From a virus (Duplodnaviria; Caudoviricetes): 64,000 bases of DNA. The stretch covers positions 12,727-76,726 of IMG/VR virus record IMGVR_UViG_3300002835_000119; one strand, given 5' to 3'. Below are positions 20,273 to 29,745 of the stretch, piece after piece. A program made the position numbers and the translations under genes. The first letter of the stretch is position 1. Every line of letters begins with the position of its first letter. Below the pieces are notes generated by a model, which made no database searches, had not been told where the DNA came from, and was given only the letters and a program-made list of their open reading frames with translations.

Positions 20273-20576
20273 TCTGATCGTCCCCTGCTTCTTTTAGACG
20301 GACAACTTGGCTGAAGATCATGTTGACTTCAGCGCGGCTAATCTTTCCGTCCTCTAGGAAAGCGAGGGCAAGTTTTTCTACAACCTTGGCTACAGCAAGC
20401 AAACCTCCGAGGGCAGCCGATAGCCAGACATCGATACCAATTATGGAGCCCGCTCCAATAACTGCTAGGGCGGAGGCAATAAAGGTGGCTACTATACGCC
20501 AAAAGATGTCTATTGTCAATAGAAACTTGGAATTATTTTTCTTGGCAGTTTTGTTTATAACTGTCTTAGATGGCAC
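20250..20576 (-). CDS. membrane protein (holin-like)
   Basis: Two TM helices then DGKISRAE. Confidence 0.65.
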   Translation of the reverse strand: MPSKTVINKTAKKNNSKFLLTIDIFWRIVATFIASALAVIGAGSIIGIDVWLSAALGGLLAVAKVVEKLALAFLEDGKISRAEVNMIFSQVVRLKEAGDDQNASKPKK

Positions 20577-20657
20577 TTGGAGGCTCCTGGAATTAGCCTC
20601 TCCCCTCTAAAATTATAAGGGTTTGACGAGATCTTGACTTTTTACTAGGATATAAAC

Positions 20658-21041
20658 ATGAGAGATAAAGAAGACGGATTCGATGAATTCGGGAGCTTGC
20701 TGGGTCCTGAAGAAACCTTTGACGAAATTGAATTTGATTTGGGAACGCTAGAGGAGCGTATAGCGGATCTCCAGGAGCGGGAGAAGGAAAGTACCGGAGT
20801 AGATCCTGCAATCTGCCAAAGGATAAGAGCCGAGATGCTTGCCAAAAATCTTTACAGAGAGTATGGCATAAAAATTGGAACGCTTGACTTAATGACCGTT
20901 TTAATGTACACTGGCATCAAATTGTCAGTAGACAGTCTTGGCCATGTCCAAGCCGGTTACGACAGTCTTACCTATGAGTCAACTGGTAAAGATGTAGTAG
21001 ATTTAGAAAAGTACAAAATAAGTAGGAGGATAGAGAAATGA
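20658..21041 (+). CDS. hypothetical protein
   Basis: Leaderless: TAGGAT six nt before ATG. Confidence 0.65.
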   Translation: MRDKEDGFDEFGSLLGPEETFDEIEFDLGTLEERIADLQEREKESTGVDPAICQRIRAEMLAKNLYREYGIKIGTLDLMTVLMYTGIKLSVDSLGHVQAGYDSLTYESTGKDVVDLEKYKISRRIEK

Positions 21042-21250
21042 TCGTTATTAACTGGGACTGGGCCTCTTTTGTAGCTGGAGTCTTTGCAGTACTAACCGTT
21101 CAATTTTGGCTGGTTGTGTTTGTAGCGTTTCGTCAGTGGAAGAAGGGTAAGCAAGTTGCCAAGGATTCAGACGCCATTTTTGCCAAGTGGATGCAAGACG
21201 GCAAACTTTAGTTCTAATTGAGTCTTAGCTGGGCGACCTATAATTAAATC

Positions 21251-21448
21251 ATGGTAGACGCCCTTCAAATAGCTCTAGTTTTCTTGGCAGTGTGCCTGGC
21301 AGTGTTTGGACTATTTATTATGTGGATGGCTAAAACTGTCAAACGTGATATTGAGAGAATGTTGGACGAGGCTGAAAGCCAGTCCGAAAAGGATGAGATC
21401 CGGCTAAGAATAGTAAAGGCTCTATATCCGCCAAGGTTTAACCGCTAG
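21251..21448 (+). CDS. small membrane protein
   Basis: N-terminal TM helix; TATAAT six nt before ATG. Confidence 0.65.
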   Translation: MVDALQIALVFLAVCLAVFGLFIMWMAKTVKRDIERMLDEAESQSEKDEIRLRIVKALYPPRFNR

Positions 21449-21687
21449 TCGGCTTCTCTTTCTTTTTCTCTTTCTTCCTCTTCGCCCCAGACGTAAAGTC
21501 TAACGGTCTGGTAGAGGTCAACGGTTTCGGCTACTAGACGCTCTGTGGCAAGAATGAGGTCAGCCTTGTCATCCGGTCCTTCGGGATCTTCCAGTTGAGA
21601 GTGGATCTCCTGGATTGCATAAGTACAAAGTTCCAGACGCCGTAACGTAACTGGAAGAGTACTAACTGGCAATCGTTCTGCTGACAT
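21445..21687 (-). CDS. hypothetical protein
   Basis: ATG at 21687 preceded on the minus strand by TACAAT at six nt. Confidence 0.6.
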   Translation of the reverse strand: MSAERLPVSTLPVTLRRLELCTYAIQEIHSQLEDPEGPDDKADLILATERLVAETVDLYQTVRLYVWGEEEEREKEREAD

Positions 21688-21699
21688 GTAAACATTGTA

Positions 21700-22170
21700 G
21701 GTCAATAATCAATAATCAATTCAAGTCAATTTTTGTAGTGGTGACTATTTTGTGGTTAAATCTAGAGCTCTTTATAGATTGATTTTATTGATTATTGATT
21801 ATTGATTATTTATTCATTATCAGGAAAATGCCTAACTTAGGGAGCAAAAGGTGAAAAATAGTTCTAATATTTATTATCAAAAAATTTAAATTGAGGAAAA
21901 GAATTTCTGATAGTAAAATATTGCAGTTATTATCAAAGATAAATGCGAGTTGACAGATTTTTTTGATAATGACATTATATAATAATACTAAATATATAAT
22001 TAGCAATAAGTTTTTGTACTACGCGTATAGAGTTTCTCTTAGGCCTTACAGAAAAAATAATCGCTAATTATATATAAAATATGGTGTATTATGTATTATA
22101 AAATAGAGAGATTTTTATGGCCCAGATCGTAGAGAAAAACTAGTTGCGATTTATGTATTGCGTATGGTTG
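21700..22170. other. AT-rich non-coding region with inverted heptamer repeats (candidate replication origin)
   Basis: TCAATAATCAATAATCAAT (21702-21720) and its exact reverse complement (21787-21805), followed by about 350 bp of very AT-rich DNA. Confidence 0.55.
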
Positions 22171-22192
22171 CAAATGGTGCTAGGGTGAGGGT

Positions 22193-22633
22193 ATGTGGAT
22201 CAGAAACTACATCAATGAGATAGAAGAATACCTGACTGAATCAGGAGCAAGTGCCCAGGAGCTTGAGGCATTTGAGGAGTACACGATTACGCTGAAGGAT
22301 CGGGAAGAGCTGTTGGATCGATATCCGGGGCAGACTATTTTTCAGGCACCACAAGTTGACAAAGAGCTACTAAATGACTACAGTGCAAGAATCATTCACT
22401 ACGAGGTTGAGGTTATGGGAAGTCCAATTTACGAAGACCTAAAGAGAAAGTACGAGAGCCAAGACAGTTGGCCAGAATTTATGAGAGACAACAAAGGAAG
22501 ATTTATGGAATCACTAAAGACTGCAAATGCAGGGTGGTATCAGAATTCCAGGGGTGAGCTATTTCACTACGATGGAACAATCTGGGATAACGTCCCGGAA
22601 GAGCGACTACAGCAACTAGAATATCTAGGCTAA
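22193..22633 (+). CDS. hypothetical protein
   Basis: Leaderless TAGGGT -10; 146 aa. Confidence 0.7.
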   Translation: MWIRNYINEIEEYLTESGASAQELEAFEEYTITLKDREELLDRYPGQTIFQAPQVDKELLNDYSARIIHYEVEVMGSPIYEDLKRKYESQDSWPEFMRDNKGRFMESLKTANAGWYQNSRGELFHYDGTIWDNVPEERLQQLEYLG

Positions 22634-22648
22634 GCACGAGAGGAAAAT

Positions 22649-23014
22649 ATGCTAAAACCTAATGCAGGACAGATGCGAGGATTCAGAATTGTTCGGGATC
22701 CAGATGGCATCTTGCTAAACCCATTTGAGATTATGGGAATGAAGTACGGATATGTGATCACCTACGGTGAGGGATCACCTGCAATACACAACGGTGAAGA
22801 CTGGGTATCAGTTTTGACTGGAACCGAAACCGAGTTTGCAGAAAAGCTCCAAGAACTACTAGTAAATCAGGGCACAAAGATTGCTCAAGTTGCTAGTTCA
22901 AATCCAATTTACATGGAGCTAGCTGCTCAAATGAATATTTTTGCGGGAGCTCCAGCAGGAGCATCTTCTAGTCAAACAAGTTCAGATTCAACTCCTACCT
23001 ACTTTAAGAGTTAG
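22649..23014 (+). CDS. hypothetical protein
   Basis: GAGGA SD. Confidence 0.7.
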   Translation: MLKPNAGQMRGFRIVRDPDGILLNPFEIMGMKYGYVITYGEGSPAIHNGEDWVSVLTGTETEFAEKLQELLVNQGTKIAQVASSNPIYMELAAQMNIFAGAPAGASSSQTSSDSTPTYFKS

Positions 23015-23015
23015 T

Positions 23016-23591
23016 ATGTCCTCATTTTTAGATGCGTTTGATGTCAGTGAAGAGAAGCTCGAGCTACTCGATAAAACGATTGCTCAAGACCCAAGACAAA
23101 ATGACAAGCGTATCTGTATCTGTGGGCACTCGATGTCTAGACACAAACGAAGTGAAGACACTGGAAGAATCGAATGCAGACCAGCCAGGTTTGATTGTCC
23201 ATGTAAACACTCTCGCCCGGTAATTGAAGTACCAAACACTAAATATTTTTTGAGCAGGACTTTAGGTTCGGGGGAAAAACATGCCCTTACCCGAGGAATA
23301 TTCTTGTCTCAAAAAGCTATAGCCGACGAGTTCAATCAAAATGCAAAATGGATCATAGATCTAAAATGTGATGATTGTGGGGAGGAGACCAAAGTCTTCC
23401 CAGTTATGTGCGACTCAGACGGATATCGACTCTATGAAGCAAAAATAGATGGCAAAGACCCAGATCAGGGGTACTACTATCTCTATTGCGCAAAGTGTCG
23501 GGAAGTCTATACAGACAGCGACGAAGCAAATGCCAAGAGGAATGCTAAGGGCCTTACTTTAGTCGTTGACAACACAGCAACACCTTCCTAG
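23016..23591 (+). CDS. Cys-rich Zn-binding protein
   Basis: CICGH..H..C..CPC and CDDC...CAKC. Confidence 0.7.
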   Translation: MSSFLDAFDVSEEKLELLDKTIAQDPRQNDKRICICGHSMSRHKRSEDTGRIECRPARFDCPCKHSRPVIEVPNTKYFLSRTLGSGEKHALTRGIFLSQKAIADEFNQNAKWIIDLKCDDCGEETKVFPVMCDSDGYRLYEAKIDGKDPDQGYYYLYCAKCREVYTDSDEANAKRNAKGLTLVVDNTATPS

Positions 23592-23644
23592 CAAAACCTG
23601 TGCTAGGATGCAATTACCAAAACTAACGTTAGGAAAAATAAGTT

Positions 23645-23917
23645 ATGGCAAAAATCTCAGGATGGGAGAAGTTCCGCAAGGCGGTAACTGGGTCCTACAG
23701 CGAGAAGTTGACTTTGGCTCTAGCTCAGGAGGCGGCAGAGGTTCGCCGTGCCCAGCTAGCAGTTGACAAGTCTCGAATTGAAACTAAGAAAACTTCTGCC
23801 GGAACTGGCAAGGTTGCTTCAGGTGACAAGAAGAAGCCAGCTGCCCCAAAGAAGCCAGCGGCCAAGAAACCAGTAGCTAAGAAGCCGGCTTCTGCAAAGA
23901 AGAAGGCCTCAAAGTGA
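23645..23917 (+). CDS. basic protein with histone-H1-like PAAKK repeats
   Basis: KKPAAPKKPAAKKPVAKKPASAKK. Confidence 0.7.
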   Translation: MAKISGWEKFRKAVTGSYSEKLTLALAQEAAEVRRAQLAVDKSRIETKKTSAGTGKVASGDKKKPAAPKKPAAKKPVAKKPASAKKKASK

Positions 23918-24201
23918 ACAAAGCAGCACTCGAGTCTTACCTAAGAAATCTTTTGGGTCAGGCCATTGGAGCAATCGTGATTGTTGGACAGACATCGGGA
24001 ATTGTTTCTCCAGTCGAGTTTGGTGTAGGGGAGTGGCTACTTGTAGCTAACGCTCTCTGGGCATCTGCAATTCCAACTCTACTTCGTTGGATCAATAAAA
24101 AAGATCCAGCTTTTGGTAGAGTGGCTGAAGTATTAGCAGCTGAAGTCGGTAAGAAGCTTGCCAGCGAAGCCACTAAAAAGAAGCCAGCAAAAAAGAAATA
24201 G
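23914..24201 (+). CDS. holin-like membrane protein
   Basis: Two TM helices, LRWINKKDPAFG, basic C-tail. Confidence 0.65.
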   Translation: MNKAALESYLRNLLGQAIGAIVIVGQTSGIVSPVEFGVGEWLLVANALWASAIPTLLRWINKKDPAFGRVAEVLAAEVGKKLASEATKKKPAKKK

Positions 24202-24267
24202 ATCAAGAGTAAAATCGGGATTGCAATTTTAATTGCAGTCCCGTTTTTATTTAGGTAGAATCTAACC

Positions 24268-25326
24268 GTGCCGTTATTACAGTCTTTTACTCCCGAGGTC
24301 AATAACCCTCCCATCCAAAAAGAGGGCTATCTCCTCTTCCTCGATCAAAATTTTGGTGGATTTTTTGAGCATAAAGATAAAATCCCAAAAGAATATCTTT
24401 CTTATTTAGTGCCTAAATCTGACTCCCCATTGATGACAGACGAGCTTAAAGTCTATATTCCTTTTTACAGACAGATGGGGCACTTTATGCTAGAGACACT
24501 GTCTGAAGTTACCAAGCAGATAGAAATAAGATCCGGTTGGGTAGGCCTAAATCTTGTAGTCCAACCAAAATCAAAACTTGATTCAACGGGGGACCAAAGT
24601 TTAATGGGGACGGGTGCAACAGTAATTGATTATTTTCTTGATGCCCTAGAGTCCACCGGCCAGGTAAATTTGATTAAGTTAAAATATCAAAAAACTTTAG
24701 GCCCGTTAGAGATTTTATTAATACCAGCAAAAAACATTCAAATCTTTGATTCAATTTTCTTTAATGTATCAGACATAAAAAGGGTCCGAAAATTTTGTAG
24801 GTCTTTGCCAGACATAAAACCATCGACCAATAAAAAAATATATCTCTCTAGAAGATCCACCCAAGACCGACAGATTATTAGCATCGAGGATTATCTGGGG
24901 GTTAAAGACAACCCACACATAGATTTCCCTGGACTGGCCGCTCGTATTTTCTTTGAAGACAAAGTAGAGAATTTTTTGAGGGACACCGCAGATTTTGAGA
25001 TAATCTGTCCAGAGAAAGAGTTTACTGATTTTAAACATCAAATAGAGACAATTAGCCAAGCAACGGTTTTGGCATCTTCTACCAGTTCTGGTTTACTCAA
25101 TATGTTCTTTATGCCAGAAGAATCTAGCGTTGTTGAGTTAGTCACTCCGCTAATTACTAACCTGGGGGAAGACGAGGTACAAACTCAGACCTATCACAGT
25201 CAGTACTCAATTGTCAGCCATGCATTAGGCTTTGAATATGTAGGCATACCTCACAACAGATATGCCCCGGATTTGATAGACAGGATAAGGAATTCAATGT
25301 GGTACTCATTCCGAGGGAACGTGTAG
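24268..25326 (+). CDS. glycosyltransferase family 61-like protein
   Basis: GHFMLE, KKIYLSRR, F..QI...SQA.VL....SGL.N..FM. Confidence 0.75.
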   Translation: MPLLQSFTPEVNNPPIQKEGYLLFLDQNFGGFFEHKDKIPKEYLSYLVPKSDSPLMTDELKVYIPFYRQMGHFMLETLSEVTKQIEIRSGWVGLNLVVQPKSKLDSTGDQSLMGTGATVIDYFLDALESTGQVNLIKLKYQKTLGPLEILLIPAKNIQIFDSIFFNVSDIKRVRKFCRSLPDIKPSTNKKIYLSRRSTQDRQIISIEDYLGVKDNPHIDFPGLAARIFFEDKVENFLRDTADFEIICPEKEFTDFKHQIETISQATVLASSTSSGLLNMFFMPEESSVVELVTPLITNLGEDEVQTQTYHSQYSIVSHALGFEYVGIPHNRYAPDLIDRIRNSMWYSFRGNV

Positions 25327-25337
25327 TAGAATGTTTT

Positions 25338-25496
25338 TACCCTGCGGTGTGTTTTAGGAAGAAGGTCTTGAACGGGCCGAAAGAATGGACACATCGCAGG
25401 ACCAAGTTTGTTTCCGGGAGAGGGAAACAAAATAACCCAAGCTAGGGTTAGGAAAACCGCCTCAACATGGTAAAGTGTTGGGGCGGTATTCTTTTT
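25338..25496 (+). ncRNA. candidate multi-hairpin small RNA
   Basis: TAGAAT -10 at 25327; four consecutive stem-loops ending in a terminator; no ORF. Confidence 0.5.
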
Positions 25497-25506
25497 AGGG
25501 AGATCA

Positions 25507-26211
25507 GTGAGAGACGACGTAAAGCTTTATTGCTTAGATGCTACTGACAAATTTTTAGATCCTGAGAGCGTCAATCTATTTTTTGTGAACCCTTCATATC
25601 TTGGCTCTGCCCTAGACGAGTATGGAGGAGATCCCGAAGATCACATCAACAAGGTCGAATCTGTAGATGACTACCTAGCCAGACTTTTAGTTTCTGTTCT
25701 TCGAATGGGGGAAGCACTGGCCCCTAACGGATCAATATTCATGATGCTTCAAAATCAATATAACATAGTCCCAAGATTGTGCAACTTAGTCGAAAGCCAG
25801 ACAGACCTAACCGTTGGTCAAATTTTTGTCTGGGACTTTTCCTCCACTGAATTTTTAAAATCTTTGAACTACGAAAAGATGGGACTCATAATCCACTTCT
25901 ACAAAGAGTCTTTCTATGTCGATCCAGCCAAGAGGGAGTATGTGGTCAAGCTACCTTTGGATCCCCATAGCCTATCTAGATATGACTCCATCGGGTTTAC
26001 CGGAAGCACTATCCCCGAAGAACTTTACGAAAGATTTATACTTGCGTTTTCTAAGGAGGGGGATACAGTTGCAGATATATTTGGGGGAACTGGAACAGCT
26101 GCCGTGGCAACACTCCGGTTGGGTCGAAAAGTTGTATACAATGACATCTCGCCAGACCAATACAGAATCACCGAGGCTCGAATTTTAGATATGGATAAAC
26201 ATGAAAACTAA
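25507..26211 (+). CDS. DNA N4/N6-methyltransferase-like protein (NPSY motif), paralog of 2589-3287
   Basis: SVNLFFVNPSY...DIFGGTGT...LGRKVVYND. Confidence 0.75.
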   Translation: MRDDVKLYCLDATDKFLDPESVNLFFVNPSYLGSALDEYGGDPEDHINKVESVDDYLARLLVSVLRMGEALAPNGSIFMMLQNQYNIVPRLCNLVESQTDLTVGQIFVWDFSSTEFLKSLNYEKMGLIIHFYKESFYVDPAKREYVVKLPLDPHSLSRYDSIGFTGSTIPEELYERFILAFSKEGDTVADIFGGTGTAAVATLRLGRKVVYNDISPDQYRITEARILDMDKHEN

Positions 26212-26440
26212 CTGGACAAAGATCCCAATAGTTGCAACCGATTTGGGGGTTTCAGTTAAGACCGTCTATAACTGGATCGAGTCTGGAAAACTATTTATGC
26301 CTCAAGCCGGGTATGTAGATCGAGACGAGGCCTTTGCAGTGTGGGTTAATCAACAAACTCTAAAAAGCGTTAATTCATACTTCATGGCGATTAAAGGTAT
26401 CAAAAGAGATAGCAACGGACGATTCTCCGGCAAGCCATAA
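26201..26440 (+). CDS. helix-turn-helix DNA-binding protein
   Basis: VATDLGVSVKTVYNWIESGKL. Confidence 0.75.
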   Translation: MKTNWTKIPIVATDLGVSVKTVYNWIESGKLFMPQAGYVDRDEAFAVWVNQQTLKSVNSYFMAIKGIKRDSNGRFSGKP

Positions 26441-26705
26441 TGAGTGGTTTAAAGTGGGGGAAAGTGGAGTCGTTCTTAATAAATGTCCAAAACAGGAGCG
26501 CTCTCCCTCTCCACGCGCAAAAAAACTTTCCAAAAATAATCACCAACTTTTCACGAATGTACAATTGATGCCATGTCAAGTAACATTAGCGGCGTCCAGG
26601 AAACTCAGTTTCCCTCAAATACCCTACAATTGACGGAGACGGCCCTGTCACAGTCCTCTCCCCAGTTGGCAGGGTCGTCCTCTGCTTTCATTAGGGGCGT
26701 TTAAC

Positions 26706-27677
26706 ATGGCCGACACCCCAATTAACCTATCCGACCTCGTAATCGACCTCCCAGTAGCGGCACGCGCCGATTTAAGCGAGCTTGGCATCGAAGAACTCGA
26801 TAGGGGCGTTTGCGAGGACACCTTCCAGAACCGCGCCCTCCTCAGAAGATCCAAGCTTATTTGGGAAACCGTTTACACCCAGGACGGATCTTCGAGCGGC
26901 CTGCTCAAAGTAAGGTCCGCCGATTCAACCCGCGAGCGCCGGATCCAATCGCTTTCTGAAAAACGCCCGATCTTGGTTAACCCAACCGACAATAACTCAG
27001 ACTACCTAACCGGCCTGGATCTAATCGCCGAGGAGTCAACGGATTACCTGGTTCCACCTTGGGTTCTGGGCGCGACTCGTAAGTGGTTGAAGGAACAAGA
27101 AAACGGTGGACCGGCGTCTGACAAACGCCAGCCTGCCGCCCTGCCTCACCGCTGCCGCCAAGTTAAGTTCGACGGAATCCGCTGCATGCTATGGGCGTCT
27201 GGCGCACCAAAGGATGACGGCCTGTGCCGAATACACCTACGCAATCTCAAACACAAGACCTCCGACGACATCGAACGCGCCCGTGAAAAGTTGATGCAAG
27301 CCGCGCCCTTCGCTGTTGACAAACTCGAAGAGCTCATGGAATACGCTGAGAGCGAACCGGTCAAACTAAAAGCCGCAACCGAGATCCTCGACCGAGCTGG
27401 GGTTAGGGGCGGCTACGAAGTTGACTCTAACCTTAACGTTGAAGTTCGGCCTGCCGCGGAGATCATTGCTGAACGGCTTGACCGATTGGCGGCGGGTGCT
27501 ATACAGGCCGCGGCACGGCTCGCGCCCGATAACTCTGTGATAGACGCCGAGGTTGTGGTCGAAGATGTCAAGACCCCCTTGACAGAATCTGCTTTGATCA
27601 ACGGACCTACTCAAACTTTTAACGAATCATTAAAAGATGAAGAGCGGCCCGCGCTCGTTAACCAGGAAGATAAATAA
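26706..27677 (+). CDS. putative terminase small subunit-like protein
   Basis: C..C..C.IH zinc knuckle followed by A..AVDKL.EL....ESE.VKLKAATEILDRAG. Confidence 0.5.
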   Translation: MADTPINLSDLVIDLPVAARADLSELGIEELDRGVCEDTFQNRALLRRSKLIWETVYTQDGSSSGLLKVRSADSTRERRIQSLSEKRPILVNPTDNNSDYLTGLDLIAEESTDYLVPPWVLGATRKWLKEQENGGPASDKRQPAALPHRCRQVKFDGIRCMLWASGAPKDDGLCRIHLRNLKHKTSDDIERAREKLMQAAPFAVDKLEELMEYAESEPVKLKAATEILDRAGVRGGYEVDSNLNVEVRPAAEIIAERLDRLAAGAIQAAARLAPDNSVIDAEVVVEDVKTPLTESALINGPTQTFNESLKDEERPALVNQEDK

Positions 27678-27680
27678 CCG

Positions 27681-27974
27681 ATGAGAGATTATGATGCATT
27701 GGTCGAAGCGGCCCGCGCTCACTATGAACACCTGAAAACGGATATCAATAACAGCAAGGACCGCGTTGAGCACATCCGCCTAACCGCTCTTGCAAACGAA
27801 GCGCATCACCTGTTAACGGATCTGCTTGCTTTTAGAGTTGGTTTGGTGTATAGTCACACCGCTTTGGTCGACGGACCTACGCTAAGCGATTCTCTTGTTG
27901 AACCGATTGAGCCCCTGGACTTACCAGAGTTCAAGTCACCGTACACTCCGCCCGCGCCTCTGCGTTTAGAGTAA
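27681..27974 (+). CDS. hypothetical protein
   Basis: ORF in operon. Confidence 0.65.
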   Translation: MRDYDALVEAARAHYEHLKTDINNSKDRVEHIRLTALANEAHHLLTDLLAFRVGLVYSHTALVDGPTLSDSLVEPIEPLDLPEFKSPYTPPAPLRLE

Positions 27975-27982
27975 GGACCGCC

Positions 27983-28657
27983 ATGACCGGGGAGCTTTCA
28001 TTCGGGGACATCCAATCGCTGGGGTATGAGACGGAGGAGATCTTGCCCCGCGTTTTTAAACTAAAAAACTTTGTCACACAGGATGAGCTGGAGGAACTTT
28101 TCACGGAAGCAAACAGCTACTCTGAAGAAGACTGGAACTACCGGTACCTGGCGGAGATGCGATTGCACGCTCTTGAAAAGTTTGGCCGGGATGACCTCGA
28201 GAATCTAAAAGCTGAAGGCTTGTTGGAAATCACTGACAACTTTGCTGATAAAAACATTTCTGTTGCAAACGTTCAGTTGATGCAAACATTGCACAGACGC
28301 TGCGAAGAAATCTTTAACAAGGTTGGGGGGCTCGACGTTACTGGGTTCATCGTCTTCCAGAGACTGTACGCCGGGACTGAACTAATTTCCCACTTTGACA
28401 AATATTCGGACAAGCTTGTAGAATATGCAGCTGTGCTATATTTGAACAATGATTACAATGGCGGCGAGCTCTTCTTTCCGAAGTTTGATTACGAGATTAA
28501 GCCGGAGCCAGGAACGTTGATCATCTTCCCCAGCACAGAGCAGTTCGAGCATGGAGTGCGTCCAGTGAAAGAAGGTCCCGTTCGTTATGTCATCCCAGTT
28601 TTCATCAAAGCAAATCACCCGGATGGTTCGATGGCTGGTTGGGCAAATTTCGGGTAG
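27983..28657 (+). CDS. 2OG-Fe(II) oxygenase
   Basis: HFD, LYLNNDYNGGELFF, HGV..V..G.VRY. Confidence 0.9.
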   Translation: MTGELSFGDIQSLGYETEEILPRVFKLKNFVTQDELEELFTEANSYSEEDWNYRYLAEMRLHALEKFGRDDLENLKAEGLLEITDNFADKNISVANVQLMQTLHRRCEEIFNKVGGLDVTGFIVFQRLYAGTELISHFDKYSDKLVEYAAVLYLNNDYNGGELFFPKFDYEIKPEPGTLIIFPSTEQFEHGVRPVKEGPVRYVIPVFIKANHPDGSMAGWANFG

Positions 28658-28667
28658 GATAGGTTTT

Positions 28668-29525
28668 ATGAAACTAAGAAAGTCTTCGGGCCCAGCAGCT
28701 GCAGCAGAACTTTTCATGAACGCTGCAAAGAACTACCTGGGGTACCAGGCAGATCTTGGTGGCCGCAATACCTTCGGCGAGCGTGTTGGCTACAACGCTC
28801 AGCCATGGAGCGGCGCGTTCATTGATGTCTGCGCCCGCGAGGCCGGCTTGAAGATTCCCTCCTTCGTTTACACACCAGCGGCGCTCGCAGAGTTCATCCG
28901 GGATGGAAACTTTTCACGAGAGGCGCGACCAGGCTCCATCGCAATCTATAACTTTTCATCAAACGTTGGCCATGCGGCCGACGCATTCGGCATGCCCCAT
29001 TGTGGAATCGTTGTTGATGTCCGCGAATTTGGGGACACGGGACGTTTCATCACTGTTGAAGGGAACACCGTAGGATCCACGGCCTATGAACAGAAGGACG
29101 GCGTCTACCAGAAAGTGCGCTCCATCAACGAGGTCCTGGTCTTCTGTCATCCAACAGCAAACGGGGGGCGCCCAACTTTTAACGAACGGTTAATGAAATT
29201 CCTGGATGGCGGCCGGACCAAAGTTGAGTCGAGTGAACTCAAGTTTATTGATGAGGCGGCCCGCAATCCTCAACAAATAAAGATCGATAAAGAAATCCGG
29301 CCCGGAGACCGTAACAAGAAGATCGAAATCATTCAGCTAGCCCTCGCAACGGTAACCGACATTAGGGGCGTGCAGCCTGGCAAGTGGGACTCAGTAACCG
29401 CAGCGGCGTGCGCTAGGTATCAACGAATGATAGGATATGTTGGAAAAGACGCAAACGGCCTGCCCGACGTAAACACGCTGAAGAGGCTTGCGAAGGATAC
29501 GGGGTTGTTCGAACTTGTTAGCTGA
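28668..29525 (+). CDS. CHAP-like amidase with C-terminal peptidoglycan-binding domain
   Basis: QPWSGAF, HCGIV, TVEGNT; Ser where CHAP usually has catalytic Cys (WC). Confidence 0.75.
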   Translation: MKLRKSSGPAAAAELFMNAAKNYLGYQADLGGRNTFGERVGYNAQPWSGAFIDVCAREAGLKIPSFVYTPAALAEFIRDGNFSREARPGSIAIYNFSSNVGHAADAFGMPHCGIVVDVREFGDTGRFITVEGNTVGSTAYEQKDGVYQKVRSINEVLVFCHPTANGGRPTFNERLMKFLDGGRTKVESSELKFIDEAARNPQQIKIDKEIRPGDRNKKIEIIQLALATVTDIRGVQPGKWDSVTAAACARYQRMIGYVGKDANGLPDVNTLKRLAKDTGLFELVS

Positions 29526-29583
29526 TCACGAACCTAATAACCGCACGGGGAGGAAATATCCTGAACGCAACAATGCTGTCGTG

Positions 29584-29745
29584 ATGACGGTGTACACTCG
29601 AGCTCCAGAGAAGTGGTTGTTGGTCGATCGAGAAACGGGCGAGGTTTACGAGGGGAACGAACAAGGAAGCTGGGATCGCTACATTCCAGATCCAAGCATC
29701 ACGGATGAGGAGAGACTGAAGAATGTCAAAAGAATTCAACATTGA
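29584..29745 (+). CDS. hypothetical protein (start uncertain)
   Basis: TRAPEKWLLVDRETGEVYEG. Confidence 0.5.
   Translation: MTVYTRAPEKWLLVDRETGEVYEGNEQGSWDRYIPDPSITDEERLKNVKRIQH

Noticed and set aside
21806-22006. 66-aa hydrophobic ORF
   Set aside because: Ile/Leu/Asn-rich product typical of chance ORFs in AT-rich DNA; no RBS.
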